64,000 nucleotides of DNA from an uncultured delta proteobacterium (GCA_963745025.1 CAVUWD010000006.1:416001-480000); one strand, 5' to 3'. Positions 53,309 through 63,499 are shown, counted from the stretch's first letter. Notes: a model not told the origin generated them from the letters alone. A program made the numbers and translations.

Positions 53309-54184
53309 TCACTTCTCCAGCTCTTCGCGGATCGAATACATCTTCTGACGCGCTTCGTTGACGTAGGCGTCGAGGTTCCGCCGATGATTGGCGAAGATGC
53401 TCGCCGGGCCGCCGTCGAGAACCACGAGCGGCTTGAGCGTCGCGGCCTGGTAGAGCGCCGCCGCGCATTCTTCGATGAGCGTGTCCAGGATCGGCCGATT
53501 CTGGAAGCCGCCCTGATACTCGACGTGCACCGCGCGCAGAACGTGGTACATCACGTGCGCCACGCCCTGCGCGTGATAGAAGACGTCGTCGGTGTGGAGG
53601 AGCCCGACGTCGTCGCGGTAGAGCGATGAGTGCGCGTCGCCGAGCATGTCGCTCCACGCTTGAAAGAGACGGATCAGCTCGATGTTGCGCCGGTTCAGGG
53701 GCTTGGAACGCGGCGGATTTTCGTGCAGGCCGGCGATATAGCTCCTGAGGTCCGCCACTCCCCGCTTGAAGCGGCTCTCGGCGGAGGGAAACCAGAGCTT
53801 TTCGGCGTCATTGCGAAACATCGTGTCGGCATCCACGAGGATCGGGTCGTACTGATCGCTGGAGACCTTGGTGAGATGGTCTTTCAGCACGCGCGTGGTC
53901 TCGCGCACGGCCAGGATGATCCCGAACTGTCGGTTTGCGTTGTTGTCCGCGAACAGCCCGGGGCCCCAGAGGAAGAAATCGTTCGGCCGCCACCCCGTGA
54001 CCGAATCGAGCTCATGCTCCATCACCGCGGCAATCGCTGCCGCCATGCGCTCGCCCGGTCGGGCGTCGGGGATATCCGGGTCGAAATCGAGCATCGCATG
54101 GCGCTGCATGCCGAGATGCATCAGCAGGCCGGCGACGGCCCATGCGGCGACGACCGTCGCGATCGCGTAGGCGAGCCATTTCAT
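53309..54184 (-). CDS. DUF2333-like protein
   Basis: N-terminal TM; 'GWRPND', 'DNNANRQFG', 'PSAES', 'DDVFYHAQG', 'ANH'. Confidence 0.75.
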   Translation of the reverse strand: MKWLAYAIATVVAAWAVAGLLMHLGMQRHAMLDFDPDIPDARPGERMAAAIAAVMEHELDSVTGWRPNDFFLWGPGLFADNNANRQFGIILAVRETTRVLKDHLTKVSSDQYDPILVDADTMFRNDAEKLWFPSAESRFKRGVADLRSYIAGLHENPPRSKPLNRRNIELIRLFQAWSDMLGDAHSSLYRDDVGLLHTDDVFYHAQGVAHVMYHVLRAVHVEYQGGFQNRPILDTLIEECAAALYQAATLKPLVVLDGGPASIFANHRRNLDAYVNEARQKMYSIREELEK

Positions 54185-54226
54185 CGCTGCACGTTTACCC
54201 CATGCGCGCGGCCGAAACGAGCCCGC

Positions 54227-55048
54227 TCACACGGAGAGATTCAGCGCCTCGGCGAGCTCGCGGAGCTTCTGCTTGATCTTCTTCTCGTTCTCCGGACCCA
54301 TGCGCAGCAGATGCTTCTGAGCCGGCGCCAGCTCTTCGAGCGCGGGATCCGCGAGCTTCCAACTCTTCACGGCCGGACGGAGGGCAACGTCGCCCGCGGG
54401 CTCGGGGGTCGCCAGCAGCTGCCGGATCGCCTTCGCCAGGGTGTCGTCGAAGTTGCGATCGGGGTAGCCGAGCTGTTTGTACGCGTCGCGGAGAAGCGGC
54501 CGGGTCTCCTGGTAGAGCCGCGCCGAGCCCTTCACGTCGAGCGAAGCGATGACATCGGCGACGACGTCGTAGCGTCGGTAGCTCGCCGGGTCGATCGTCG
54601 CCGCGTCGCGCCGCTCTTTGGCCTTGAACTCCCCGCTCGGAGCGAGAACACCGAGGTGCGGCTTCGGCGAGCGGCCCTCGGCGACGTTGTCCACCGAAGC
54701 CACGAAGCGTCGCGCAAGCCGATCGGTGAGCAGCCATTTCGCCCAGGCGGGATTCGAGGAGAGGGTCGCGGCCAGCGTACGGAGAAGCGCATCGCTCGAG
54801 TCTAGCGGCGGTAGATCGGCTCGCGGCGGCATGGTGGGGGGAGCGGCGACCGTCGGCCGCATCACCGCCGGAGTCGCCCGGAGAGGCGCAAAAGTCGGAG
54901 TTGCCTGCTGGCTCCGGCGCGTGAGCAGGCGATAGGACCCGACGCCGATCGCGAGCGGAATCAGCAACACGAAGCCGAGGAGAATCGCCAGGGCCCTGCG
55001 CCCCTTCCGCCGCTCGATGTCGCTCTCGGTGATCATCTGGCTCGGCAA
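54227..55048 (-). CDS. DUF3014-like protein
   Basis: TM; 'LPPLDSSD', 'SYRRYD', 'AYKQLGYP', 'AQKHLLRMGPEN'. Confidence 0.8.
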   Translation of the reverse strand: MPSQMITESDIERRKGRRALAILLGFVLLIPLAIGVGSYRLLTRRSQQATPTFAPLRATPAVMRPTVAAPPTMPPRADLPPLDSSDALLRTLAATLSSNPAWAKWLLTDRLARRFVASVDNVAEGRSPKPHLGVLAPSGEFKAKERRDAATIDPASYRRYDVVADVIASLDVKGSARLYQETRPLLRDAYKQLGYPDRNFDDTLAKAIRQLLATPEPAGDVALRPAVKSWKLADPALEELAPAQKHLLRMGPENEKKIKQKLRELAEALNLSV

Positions 55049-55109
55049 GATGGTACGACGGTTCGGCCCGCGGTCAATCCCCTGAGACGCGATCCCGATC
55101 GTGGGTGAC

Positions 55110-55138
55110 TTGCCAGTTGACGACAGCAGAAATAAGCT
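55110..55138 (+). promoter_or_regulatory. Sigma70 promoter of tRNA-Arg
   Basis: TTGCCA N17 TAAGCT, 16 nt upstream of the tRNA. Confidence 0.5.
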
Positions 55139-55154
55139 AGATGGGCTTCAGTCA

Positions 55155-55228
55155 GCGCCCGTAGCTCAACGGATCAGAGCATCAGACTTCGGATCTGAGG
55201 GTTGGGGGTTCGAATCCCTCCGGGCGCG
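55155..55228 (+). tRNA. tRNA-Arg(TCG); no encoded CCA; integration site
   Basis: Acceptor GCGCCCG/CGGGCGC, anticodon stem TCAGA-CTTCGGA-TCTGA, T-loop GGTTCGAATCC. Confidence 0.95.
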
Positions 55229-56558
55229 CTGACTTTTGCTCGTCTTTCTCGTTGTTCGACGGCGCTTCGGTTCCAGAAGTGATGCCACTGATGCCTAAGT
55301 CGCCGCCGGTTCCGGTGGCGGCGAGCGTGCCCCCTGGCTCGGGCGTGTCGAGAAGATCGACACAGCGATCATCTCCGCTCGGTAGGCAGTGAGCGTACCA
55401 GAGCAGCGTGGTCGCCGGGTTTGGGGTACCGTCCGGCTTGAAGTGGCCGAGCACCTTCGCCACGTCAGTAAGCGGCGTCCGCTTCTTGAGCAGGATCGAC
55501 GCCACGGTGTGGCGGAGATCGTAGGGCGAATGCGAGACCGGAAGGCCTGCCGCCTTCAGCACCCGCTTGAAGGCCTTGGCTGCGTTCGCTTGATTGAGCG
55601 GCGTTGCCGCCTCAGAGAAGAGCAGATACTCCCGGACGCCGCGCCAGCCTTCCCGCAGCGTCTCAGCCTTTGCCCACGTCACATACCGCCGCAGCCGCTC
55701 GGCGAGAAGCCGGGACATCGGGACTCTTCGACAGATGCCGGTCTTCGTCGGCGAATCCGGGAGGTCTACGTGCTTGGGCTTCTCTTTCGGATCGAGTGAG
55801 CGGAAGGTGACTTCCTGGTACGAGCCATTCACCAGGATGTCGCCGTTCACGAAATCGACATCTGCTGGACGGAGGCCGATAGCTTCTGCTGGTCGAAGCG
55901 CCGCCCTGCCCATGATCCAAAAATAGGCCGCGAGCGGCTGCCGCTCGGTCTCATCGGCGCTGCGAAGAAGCACGTCGAGTTCCGCCTGGCTGAATGGCCG
56001 CACCTTCGCGAGCTTCTCCGATTGCTTCATCCGATCGGGTCGGCGGCGGCCACGGGTCCGCACCTGGAACGCGGGATTGGTGGTCAGGATCTCGTCCTCC
56101 ACCGCCTCGGAGAGAATGACGGACAGCGCCGCACGCGCAAGCCGAACCGTGTTCCTCCCCTTCCCAGACCGTCGCAGCGCTGCAAGTCGATCCTTGATCA
56201 CCGTGCGCTTGATGTCGCGCAGGGAAACCGTTCCGAGGTAGGGGTGAATGTAAAGCCGGTACGAGTCGAGATACGTGGCGAGAGTGCGGGGCGCGATTTC
56301 GCCTTCGGCCCGCTCTCGCCAGACTACTTGGTACTCATCAAGCGTCAGATCTCCGGAAAGGCGTGCGAGCGTCGAGCGACGCCTGCGACCTGGATGGGAA
56401 TAGTGTTCAAGCTCGAGCTCTGCCTTCCTTCGCCTCGCATCGGCTTCGGATCGGAACGTCTCGCGCCCCCGCCTCGGCCCAAGAAGGTCACGCGCGTCAA
56501 GGAGCCAGCGAGGCGCTCCGCGTCTTCCCCGCTTTCCGAGCTTCCTGATCGTTGCCAC
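55182..56558 (-). CDS. int: Tyrosine integrase
   Basis: R 'LRPAEA', K 'TKTG', 'YDLRHT', 'LGH', Y 'TTLLWYAH'; stop codon lies inside the tRNA. Confidence 0.93.
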   Translation of the reverse strand: MATIRKLGKRGRRGAPRWLLDARDLLGPRRGRETFRSEADARRRKAELELEHYSHPGRRRRSTLARLSGDLTLDEYQVVWRERAEGEIAPRTLATYLDSYRLYIHPYLGTVSLRDIKRTVIKDRLAALRRSGKGRNTVRLARAALSVILSEAVEDEILTTNPAFQVRTRGRRRPDRMKQSEKLAKVRPFSQAELDVLLRSADETERQPLAAYFWIMGRAALRPAEAIGLRPADVDFVNGDILVNGSYQEVTFRSLDPKEKPKHVDLPDSPTKTGICRRVPMSRLLAERLRRYVTWAKAETLREGWRGVREYLLFSEAATPLNQANAAKAFKRVLKAAGLPVSHSPYDLRHTVASILLKKRTPLTDVAKVLGHFKPDGTPNPATTLLWYAHCLPSGDDRCVDLLDTPEPGGTLAATGTGGDLGISGITSGTEAPSNNEKDEQKSARPEGFEPPTLRSEV

Positions 56559-56561
56559 GCC

Positions 56562-56903
56562 CTACCCTACCGGTCGTCTCGACCTTGCTGGATCTGCCGC
56601 CAATTCGCTCAGCGCCCGCGCCGTGAACCTAACGTACCTCTCGCCTAGGCGGACCGACGGGAGTTCGCCCCGTCGTGCGAGTTCGTACACGTAGGCTCTC
56701 GGAACTTTCAGGTATTCCGCCGCCTGCTCGGCCGTCAGAAGGTGGCCGTTATCCGCTGGATCGTCGTCGCTTCGATTGTTCAGCCGAATCCAGAGAAGCA
56801 CCTTGATACGCTCGATCTCGCCGAGGAGTGCGGGCATGCTCTCAAGCGGCACCTTGAAAACGAGTCGCTCAAGATCGGCAAGGATAGCGGCCTGATCACT
56901 CAC
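56562..56903 (-). CDS. Excisionase-like HTH_17 protein
   Basis: 'LLTAEQAAEYLKV....VYELARRGELPSVRLG.RYVRF' adjacent to integrase. Confidence 0.85.
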   Translation of the reverse strand: MSDQAAILADLERLVFKVPLESMPALLGEIERIKVLLWIRLNNRSDDDPADNGHLLTAEQAAEYLKVPRAYVYELARRGELPSVRLGERYVRFTARALSELAADPARSRRPVG

Positions 56904-57057
56904 AGCTGCCTCACCTCGGGTTGTCGCTCCTGCTGGCTCCAAATCGTAACCGCTCTTCCGCGTAACCGACCGATCTCGCCGCCTCGGCGGTGTCGATGGC
57001 CGATGCCGTGGCCAGCGTCGTAACCGTTTTGATCGTGATGATCATCAGCAACTCGAC

Positions 57058-57333
57058 CTACCCTCGTTGAGCCATTGCGACAACGTCATGATCTTGATCG
57101 TGGAAATTCACGGACATGAAGGTCACCATGCTGGCGGTCGCGATCGTGGACGTCGTCGCCACCGCCATGAGCCGGTAGACGAAAAGATACCTCACGGCGA
57201 TTCCTCTACGTTGCGGAGCCGCCGCCGCGCACCGCGCGAGCACGCTTCGGACGGCGTCGGTGTTGAGCGCGCCCGCCTTGCTCGGGTCGGCCACCAGCTC
57301 GTCTAGGCTCGGGCTGGGTCGGACCTCGCTCAC
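57058..57333 (-). CDS. Hypothetical protein (possibly disrupted)
   Basis: ORF co-oriented with element genes; C-terminal half looks unrelated to N-terminal half. Confidence 0.35.
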   Translation of the reverse strand: MSEVRPSPSLDELVADPSKAGALNTDAVRSVLARCAAAAPQRRGIAVRYLFVYRLMAVATTSTIATASMVTFMSVNFHDQDHDVVAMAQRG

Positions 57334-57415
57334 GCTTCGCCGTCCCTAGGCGTTCCACGCCGTGGGCCCGTAGCGGCCGTCGTGGTGAGCGCGCTCGCAG
57401 CGCCAGCCACGGTTC

Positions 57416-57832
57416 TCACGGCGCCTCCCGGAGCTTACCCATCGCGCGGGCGGACTTCCTAGTCTTTTCGCGGCCCGGCACGACCTCTATGCCGTTTCCC
57501 GTCCGGCTTGGGGTCGAAATCGTCGCGCCCGCGTTCGTTTGCCGACGAAAACGGGCAGCCGCAGCCTTGGCCGCCGCGCCTCTCTGCGCCGCGCTTGCCT
57601 TCCGCCGAACGGCGAGTCGGAGTGCAACCGATGCGCGATCCACCTCCCACTCACCGCCCAGGACTTCCCGCTTGCCGCTCTCGACAGCGGTGATGGTTCG
57701 GGTTCGGCGCGCGAGTCCTTGCTGCTCAAGGCGATTGAGCTTCCTAGTCCACGACGGATGCGTGCTCGAAACGATTAGTTTCTCGTCGGCGCGGTTATCG
57801 ATCACGGAGAGCTCCTGCTCGGCGCGAGTCAT
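57416..57832 (-). CDS. Hypothetical mobile-element protein
   Basis: ATG after GGAG; compact domain plus basic Ala-rich tail. Confidence 0.55.
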   Translation of the reverse strand: MTRAEQELSVIDNRADEKLIVSSTHPSWTRKLNRLEQQGLARRTRTITAVESGKREVLGGEWEVDRASVALRLAVRRKASAAQRGAAAKAAAARFRRQTNAGATISTPSRTGNGIEVVPGREKTRKSARAMGKLREAP

Positions 57833-57965
57833 TCGTTCGCTCCGATCTCGGGCCCACGCCGGTCGCCGCCGCGCACCAACTCCCGCGGCCGCCGGAGCTC
57901 CTCGACAAGCGCGCCTGCCCGAGGTCCTCTGGCACCGGCGCCCACGAGCTCTTGCTTTCCCACGG

Positions 57966-58391
57966 TCATGCGTCTTCGGACCGACTGACCGGGTGCATCG
58001 AGGGGCCAGAGGAGATGCTCCTGCTTTTGGCGAGAGCGCGCAAAATTTCACGCGCATCCGCTTCCAGCATGTTCTCGAGGATCAACACCTCCGCCACGGT
58101 GAAGACCGGCCTGGCGTCGCCCTCCCAGCGAAGCTGGTCCACGAATGCTTCGGCGTCGTCCTCGACGAGCCAGATTTCCTGATCGAGGATTCGGCTGAAC
58201 AGCCTAATGGCCCAACCCTGCTCCGGATGGGGTTTTAAAAGCTCGAGCAGCGCGGCCTTCTGGCTGCCGATGGCTAGTCGTAGCTCGGGGGTGAGCTGGC
58301 CCCTGGGCGCTCGGTAACGAAGGGTCTCGCCGTCAACCTCGATGTGGATGCCACGATGACGTAGTTCGTCGAGAAGAGCAGCTGGCCTCAT
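57966..58391 (-). CDS. Hypothetical with TubC-N-like docking domain
   Basis: 'LLDELRHRGIHIEVDGETLRYRAPRGQLTPEL....K.ALLELL'; ATGA overlap with primase-helicase stop. Confidence 0.7.
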   Translation of the reverse strand: MRPAALLDELRHRGIHIEVDGETLRYRAPRGQLTPELRLAIGSQKAALLELLKPHPEQGWAIRLFSRILDQEIWLVEDDAEAFVDQLRWEGDARPVFTVAEVLILENMLEADAREILRALAKSRSISSGPSMHPVSRSEDA

Positions 58392-60521
58392 ACGACACCT
58401 TCTTCAAATTCCGGTGGGGGGAGGGGGTCCGGATTCACGTCGGAACGGGCTGAACCGTTGAACAGGGCCTGCAACGTCGTGGCTTCGGGCAACGCCGGAG
58501 TCTCGTCGGGGAGGGGAGCACCGAGTACGAGCCGCGCGGGATAGCCCGTTCTCGTTTCCAGGTTTAGGAGCCAACCGCCCTTGATTGCCCTGTTCACCCT
58601 GTAGAAGGTGGTATTCCGTGCCAGACCGAGACGTCGACCGAGCTCTGCCACACTGACATCCTCGCCGACCTTCACCGCCAACACCGCCGCGCGCACGGTT
58701 GCGGTCACACCGTCGGCAGCGACGGCGTCGAAGATCGTCTCTAGGAGGTCTCGCGCTATGGCGTAGTCATCTATCGTCGCTTCGATCCAGCCCTCGGGGG
58801 TGCGGCTTCTCTGGCACTGGTGAAGCAGTGCGATGGCCTTGATGCAGCTAAGCAGCTTGGGGAAATCGCGTCGCATCCGTACTGCCTGGACCGGCACGAG
58901 CTTTGCGAGCACATTGGCGAAAGGCACCGCCACGCGCCGTTCACCGGCAGTCGCGAGCCAAACTTGGAGATCACGGAACTGCGCTACTTCCACGACCGTG
59001 CCGCGCGTCGGCATCGCGGCTGCAGCGTGGGCATTGAGGACCGCGCGGGTCTGCAGCGGATCGTCGGAGATGGGGATCTCCAGCACGCGAGTCCCCATTT
59101 GCCCTCCAAGGCTTCGCGTCGACGTCGTGATGAGCCCGGTTGGCCCGCGTTTTTTGATACGCCGGGTTACGAGTTTTCCGTCGATGCGCTCGACTACCTC
59201 GTATACGAGCTCGCTGTCTTCCGCGATTGAACGAACTGCAGAGGCTGCCGGGCCATTTTCGGGAATCGAATCGGCCTCCGCCACGACGACAACACGGTTT
59301 TGAAAGTCCTCATCCGTGTAGACGAGAGCTCGGGGGGAGCTCGCTCTTACAAGGTAGAACGCTTCCGGCGGCATCAGGTCGAGCGCCGCGTCTACCGCGC
59401 GGTTCTTGCCAGCCGATGACTGAGCGACGAAAGCTAGGTTGATCGGCCGTTCGATGAGTCTGGATGTTGCCGCCACGTACGCAATCATCGCGGGGCGACC
59501 GTCACCAGCGTACCCACGCGCACGAATCGTATCCGCGATGCGATCGATTAGGTACGGGTCCCCAAGGAGACTCTCGGCAGAAGTGTACGATTCCGCAGCT
59601 TTTCTTGTCAGCTCGTCGGCTTGGATTCTCGCGAGTGATACAGCAGCGTCGACGGTAGCCCGCCACACCTCGACGAACTGAGCTGGGTCGGCCACGTACA
59701 GCGCGGAAGGATCTTTCGCGCCGACGATCCGGACGAGCCGGACACGATCGCGAATGCGCGAGTTGCCCAGCCAGCTGAGCACAGCTTCGCCGCCTTTGTC
59801 CGGCTCGATGATGATGTAGATGATCGGGATATCGTCCAAGAAGCTTGCCCACTGCTCCTGCCAGCTGGAAGCCCCTGGAATCCCGAGGGCGGGAATGCTG
59901 TGAAGCCAAAGTGTCTGAGCATCGCTCTCGCCCTCCACCAGGGTGACTTCGCCAGCGCTTCGAATGGCATCCAACTGCCAAAGACCGTAGAGGCTTGGCC
60001 TCGCGCCCGTCTTCCACCTAAATCGATCCGGTCCTTCGAGAGCGAGCCGGAACCGCACAGCACCCGGCATGGCAAGCCGGTCAAGATATGGAATCCGGAC
60101 TGCTGGCTGCTCCATGTAACTGATGGTCGACATCCCGAGACTCTTGAGGAATTCGACCGGGAACCGCTTCGCCTCCGCGTACTGCTCGAGCGTCAGGCCG
60201 AGCGAGCTGTTCAACGGTTCAATCCCGTTCGACGTAGATGGAGACCCCCTCCCCCTCCTGGCCCTTCGAACGCTTCGGTCGCTCGCGTTTGCGCGCGTCG
60301 CCCTTCGTCGTGGCACCGCTTGACCACAAGCCACGTTCTCGAAGAGCAGCGATCACGGCGTCCTGCGAGCAGCCCGCAAAGCACTTCACTACGACGCTAC
60401 GATCGTCGCCTTCGGCGATTGATAGGGAAGGTTTTCGATCATCATGTGCTGGACATCGTGCCATCCAACCGCGAGTGACACGGCGGCCCCCTAGTGCTTG
60501 CGCAAGATCGGCGGCTGTCAT
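58388..60521 (-). CDS. Primase-helicase (Zn finger + TOPRIM + P-loop + wHTH), split by one frameshift near 60255-60320
   Basis: 60219-60521: 'CPAHDDRKPSLS...CFAGC'; 58388-60334: 'LVEGESD', 'EPDKGG', 'QSSAGKN', C-terminal HTH. Confidence 0.85.
58417..58465 (+). repeat. 49-bp inverted repeat, copy 1
   Basis: GGGGGAGGGGGTCCGGATTCACGTCGGAACGGGCTGAACCGTTGAACAG. Confidence 0.85.
60207..60255 (-). repeat. 49-bp inverted repeat, copy 2
   Basis: Minus: GGGGGAGGGGGTCTCCATCTACGTCGAACGGGATTGAACCGTTGAACAG. Confidence 0.85.
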
Positions 60522-60524
60522 CGT

Positions 60525-60809
60525 CTACACTCCTGCGTGCGCCGCATCCCGCGCCGCTCTTCGGCCAGGCGGTCCCTGCACCACTCGTTCGCGCATCCAT
60601 CGTTCGACCTCGGCGGCGATCCACCCGACAGCACGTGCGGAGAGCTTACGACGGCGAGGGAACTGACCAGCACGCTCCAGGCGCCAGCGGGTGGACCTCG
60701 AAAGGCCCGTAACGAGGCGACATTCCGGATCGCGGAGGTAGCGAGTTGATGATGTGCCGGAAAAAGGACCTGAAGTGACCGTTGGCGCGACGTTAACTTT
60801 GGTGACCAT
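60525..60809 (-). CDS. alpA: AlpA-family regulator
   Basis: 'TGLSRSTRWRLERAGQFPRRRKLSARAVGW...EVERW'. Confidence 0.9.
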   Translation of the reverse strand: MVTKVNVAPTVTSGPFSGTSSTRYLRDPECRLVTGLSRSTRWRLERAGQFPRRRKLSARAVGWIAAEVERWMRERVVQGPPGRRAARDAAHAGV

Positions 60810-61644
60810 GCACGACCCCCTTTGGCGGACCTCTCTCCGCCTCCCATTACCGGGTAGTCGCGACGTCCCCGTCGCGCGCTGGGTCGCTATCGACCCTCGG
60901 CGCTCATACCGGCCGATCAGCGCGATCTCTTCAGATCGCGATGTTTCATATCAAAGCCCAACAACCCGGTACGTGTCAATGACGAAATGACTCTGGTGAG
61001 AAATTGCATGACGTCTACGGACTGCGCATGTCGACCGACGCCGTCCCTTCACAATGAGATTCTCGGGACTGGCGATGCGCATCTACGCAGACCGCCGCGA
61101 AACTCGATCTCGCTACCGTGCGCTGGCAATGCGACGGAGGAGATCAAACGCCGTCAGTGACCCGTAATTGCAACCCGCGTGGATCGGAACAGGAAGACAG
61201 CAGAACCGCTTTATACTGGCTGGGGCGCCAGCGCGTTGCTGAGTGCGACAAGGCGCTGGTCGGCTAGTAGCCCGAATCTGCGATCGACCGACACTTGGGG
61301 CGACTGTTGTAGCGCCGACGATCGCAATAAACGGAAAACTTCCGGCATTTAATACGATGGACTAAAAAATATGATCCCTGAAGGCAGGTGAAACAAAATA
61401 ATCATTTTTCCAGCGCGCCGGGTCGCGCTTGGAAAATAGTGGGTGGATGGAAACTTCAGCAGGAAATTGATGGCCGCAGGGAAATATTCGAGGGGATCTT
61501 TCCCGTGAGATTCAGCCAACGGGCGAGGCGGCCCATTTCGTCATTGACTGGCCGCCAATTTTAGCGCGAGGAGGAAAATGACCCGAGCGTAAAAAAGGCA
61601 TGGTCGGGATGTAGAAACGGACGATACGTAGCGAGGCTGGAATC

Positions 61645-62040
61645 ATGGAAAACGCCAAGCAATCTGTGTCGGGGGGGACACCAGTCACCTACATGACGGG
61701 GGGTGGGGGGTCTGGGCGCCCTGGTAGACCATGGCGACCCATAGGCGTGGCTCCGAGCCCAAGGCTAATCCGCGTGCGGTCGCGGAAGGGCATCGAGGCC
61801 GCCGCGCAGAAAATTGCCAATCTCGTCTTGTCGGAGCGGCTCGACCCGCAGCAGGCTCACGCGGTGTTCTCGGCGTTAAAAATAATCTTCGAGAGCTTGA
61901 AGTTTTCCGAAACGATCGAGGCCGAGTACAAGTTGAAGGAGTACGCGCTGGAGGTTCAGGCGATGCGCGAGACGAACGCGAGATTGTACGAGCGCCTGGC
62001 CGAGCTCGGAGTCGCATCGCCGGTCGAGGTGACGAGCTAG
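61645..62040 (+). CDS. Hypothetical protein with C-terminal coiled coil
   Basis: 131 aa; Gly-rich 'SGRPG' N-term, helical core, heptad tail. Confidence 0.6.
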   Translation: MENAKQSVSGGTPVTYMTGGGGSGRPGRPWRPIGVAPSPRLIRVRSRKGIEAAAQKIANLVLSERLDPQQAHAVFSALKIIFESLKFSETIEAEYKLKEYALEVQAMRETNARLYERLAELGVASPVEVTS

Positions 62041-62236
62041 TTTAACGGCGTGAACACATCGAAGCTCACGTCGAGATCCGGATCATGCGCCGTCCGTTCA
62101 CGTTGTCGATGAAGTTGCCGAACGTGTCGCACAGGAATCGATGAGTTTCACGACGCGCAACACATCGACCATCGTGGGTCTATGCTGACGCCGAGACGCG
62201 CATGAGGCTTTGTGGAGAGGAAAGGGAGTCACGGCA

Positions 62237-62719
62237 ATGAGCGAGGACACATCACCAGAGCAGGGAAAGGTCGCCGAAGCGATTCAGATGGCGTGGAAGG
62301 TCTACGAGGAAGCGGAGTGGCGGGCCTGGGCGGAAGATTGGATTACCGGGAGAGACCGTGAAGATGCCGCCGCAGAATTCGCGGCTCGGGCGGCACTCGA
62401 ACGCGTCGATTCGACCGCTGTCGCGGCAATTCATCGGGAAGTCAGAGCCGCTGTTGATCGAGCCGAGGCAGTGGCAGACGCGACGGAGAGAAGCCTCGAA
62501 CGGGCAGCGAGCCGCGACCGGCCAGGAGCTGTTCGGCCTGCACCGCCAGCCGAAGTAGTTCTTGATGAGGCTGCGCTCGGTAAGCTATCGAAAGCGAGTC
62601 TCGCGAGCCTCGCAGCACACGTCGCTGCGCAGGCTGCTGCCCAGCTCGGTAGCCATAACGAGTATGAAGCTCTTTTGCTGGCTCAGCTATCGATGACCAT
62701 TTCGCGACGTTGCGTCTGA
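62237..62719 (+). CDS. Ala-rich hypothetical protein
   Basis: RBS GGGAG, 160 aa helical ORF. Confidence 0.55.
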   Translation: MSEDTSPEQGKVAEAIQMAWKVYEEAEWRAWAEDWITGRDREDAAAEFAARAALERVDSTAVAAIHREVRAAVDRAEAVADATERSLERAASRDRPGAVRPAPPAEVVLDEAALGKLSKASLASLAAHVAAQAAAQLGSHNEYEALLLAQLSMTISRRCV

Positions 62720-62839
62720 CAGCCGAATTTAAGAAGGGTATACTTCTCCGGAACGTTCTTTCGGCCACGCCATTGCGCGCTCGCTCGATCTTCAACTCCT
62801 CGCGCGCGAGGGAGTCTTTGAATTGGAATCAGGACCAGC

Positions 62840-62935
62840 CATGTCCAGTTGCTCATCCTCCCGACAGCCGAGGCGGTTGAGGAGTTGCGCAAGAACCCGG
62901 AGGACACAAACGCGATCCTGCACGTGACCTGCTAA
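62840..62935 (+). pseudogene. Mth938-like domain C-terminal remnant
   Basis: VQLLILPTAEAVEELRKNPEDTNAILHVTC*; terminal HxTC motif. Confidence 0.5.
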
Positions 62936-63231
62936 CGTTCCCATGTATCGCGTCGGCGTATGCCGAGTCCGGTGAGCCCCCTACCGGGCCAAGGCGTCGC
63001 CCAAGGGACGGATCTGCTGCGGCGGGCCGGTGAAGTGAAGCGTGGATCAAGACGCAGCCAAGCTACAGCCCGCGAAGAAAAAGCTGAGTGTCTCATGGAG
63101 GGTCGCTCCGGCTCCCGCGAATCGAAATGCATAAAACCGGTTGACCGTGCAGCTCCGCCCGGCGATTCGCACCGGCTGTCAACCTGCCGACAGCGTCGCT
63201 TGCACGTAGATCATGCGTTAGAGTGGGCTAG

Positions 63232-63411
63232 GCAGCGTGTCGTCGTAGAGCACCGCCGAGGGCCGACAGATTCTTCGCCAAGCTGCCGGGCAAGTTCACG
63301 ATCGACGACGTTCGGAAGGTTGCCGGAAAGGCGACGCCAATCAGTGTCGCGCAATGGGTGAGAGCGAAACGAGTGAAGAAGACGGCCGACGGATACCAGA
63401 AGATCGCTTAG
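63232..63411 (+). pseudogene. Remnant of a small basic protein
   Basis: RRRAPPRADRFFAKLPGKFTIDDVRKVAG...ADGYQKIA*; in-frame TAG at 63229, no start. Confidence 0.35.
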
Positions 63412-63499
63412 GCCCCTTCGCTCGCCTCGCCCGCGTACCCCCGGATAATCCGGGCAAACGGGATGCCGATTTCTGCTATTATTCTGGTCGCCGGAGACC

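Noticed and set aside
55187-55193. TCG anticodon as evidence of recoding
   Set aside because: tRNA-Arg(UCG) is a standard decoder in several bacterial lineages, and genes here use normal stop codons.
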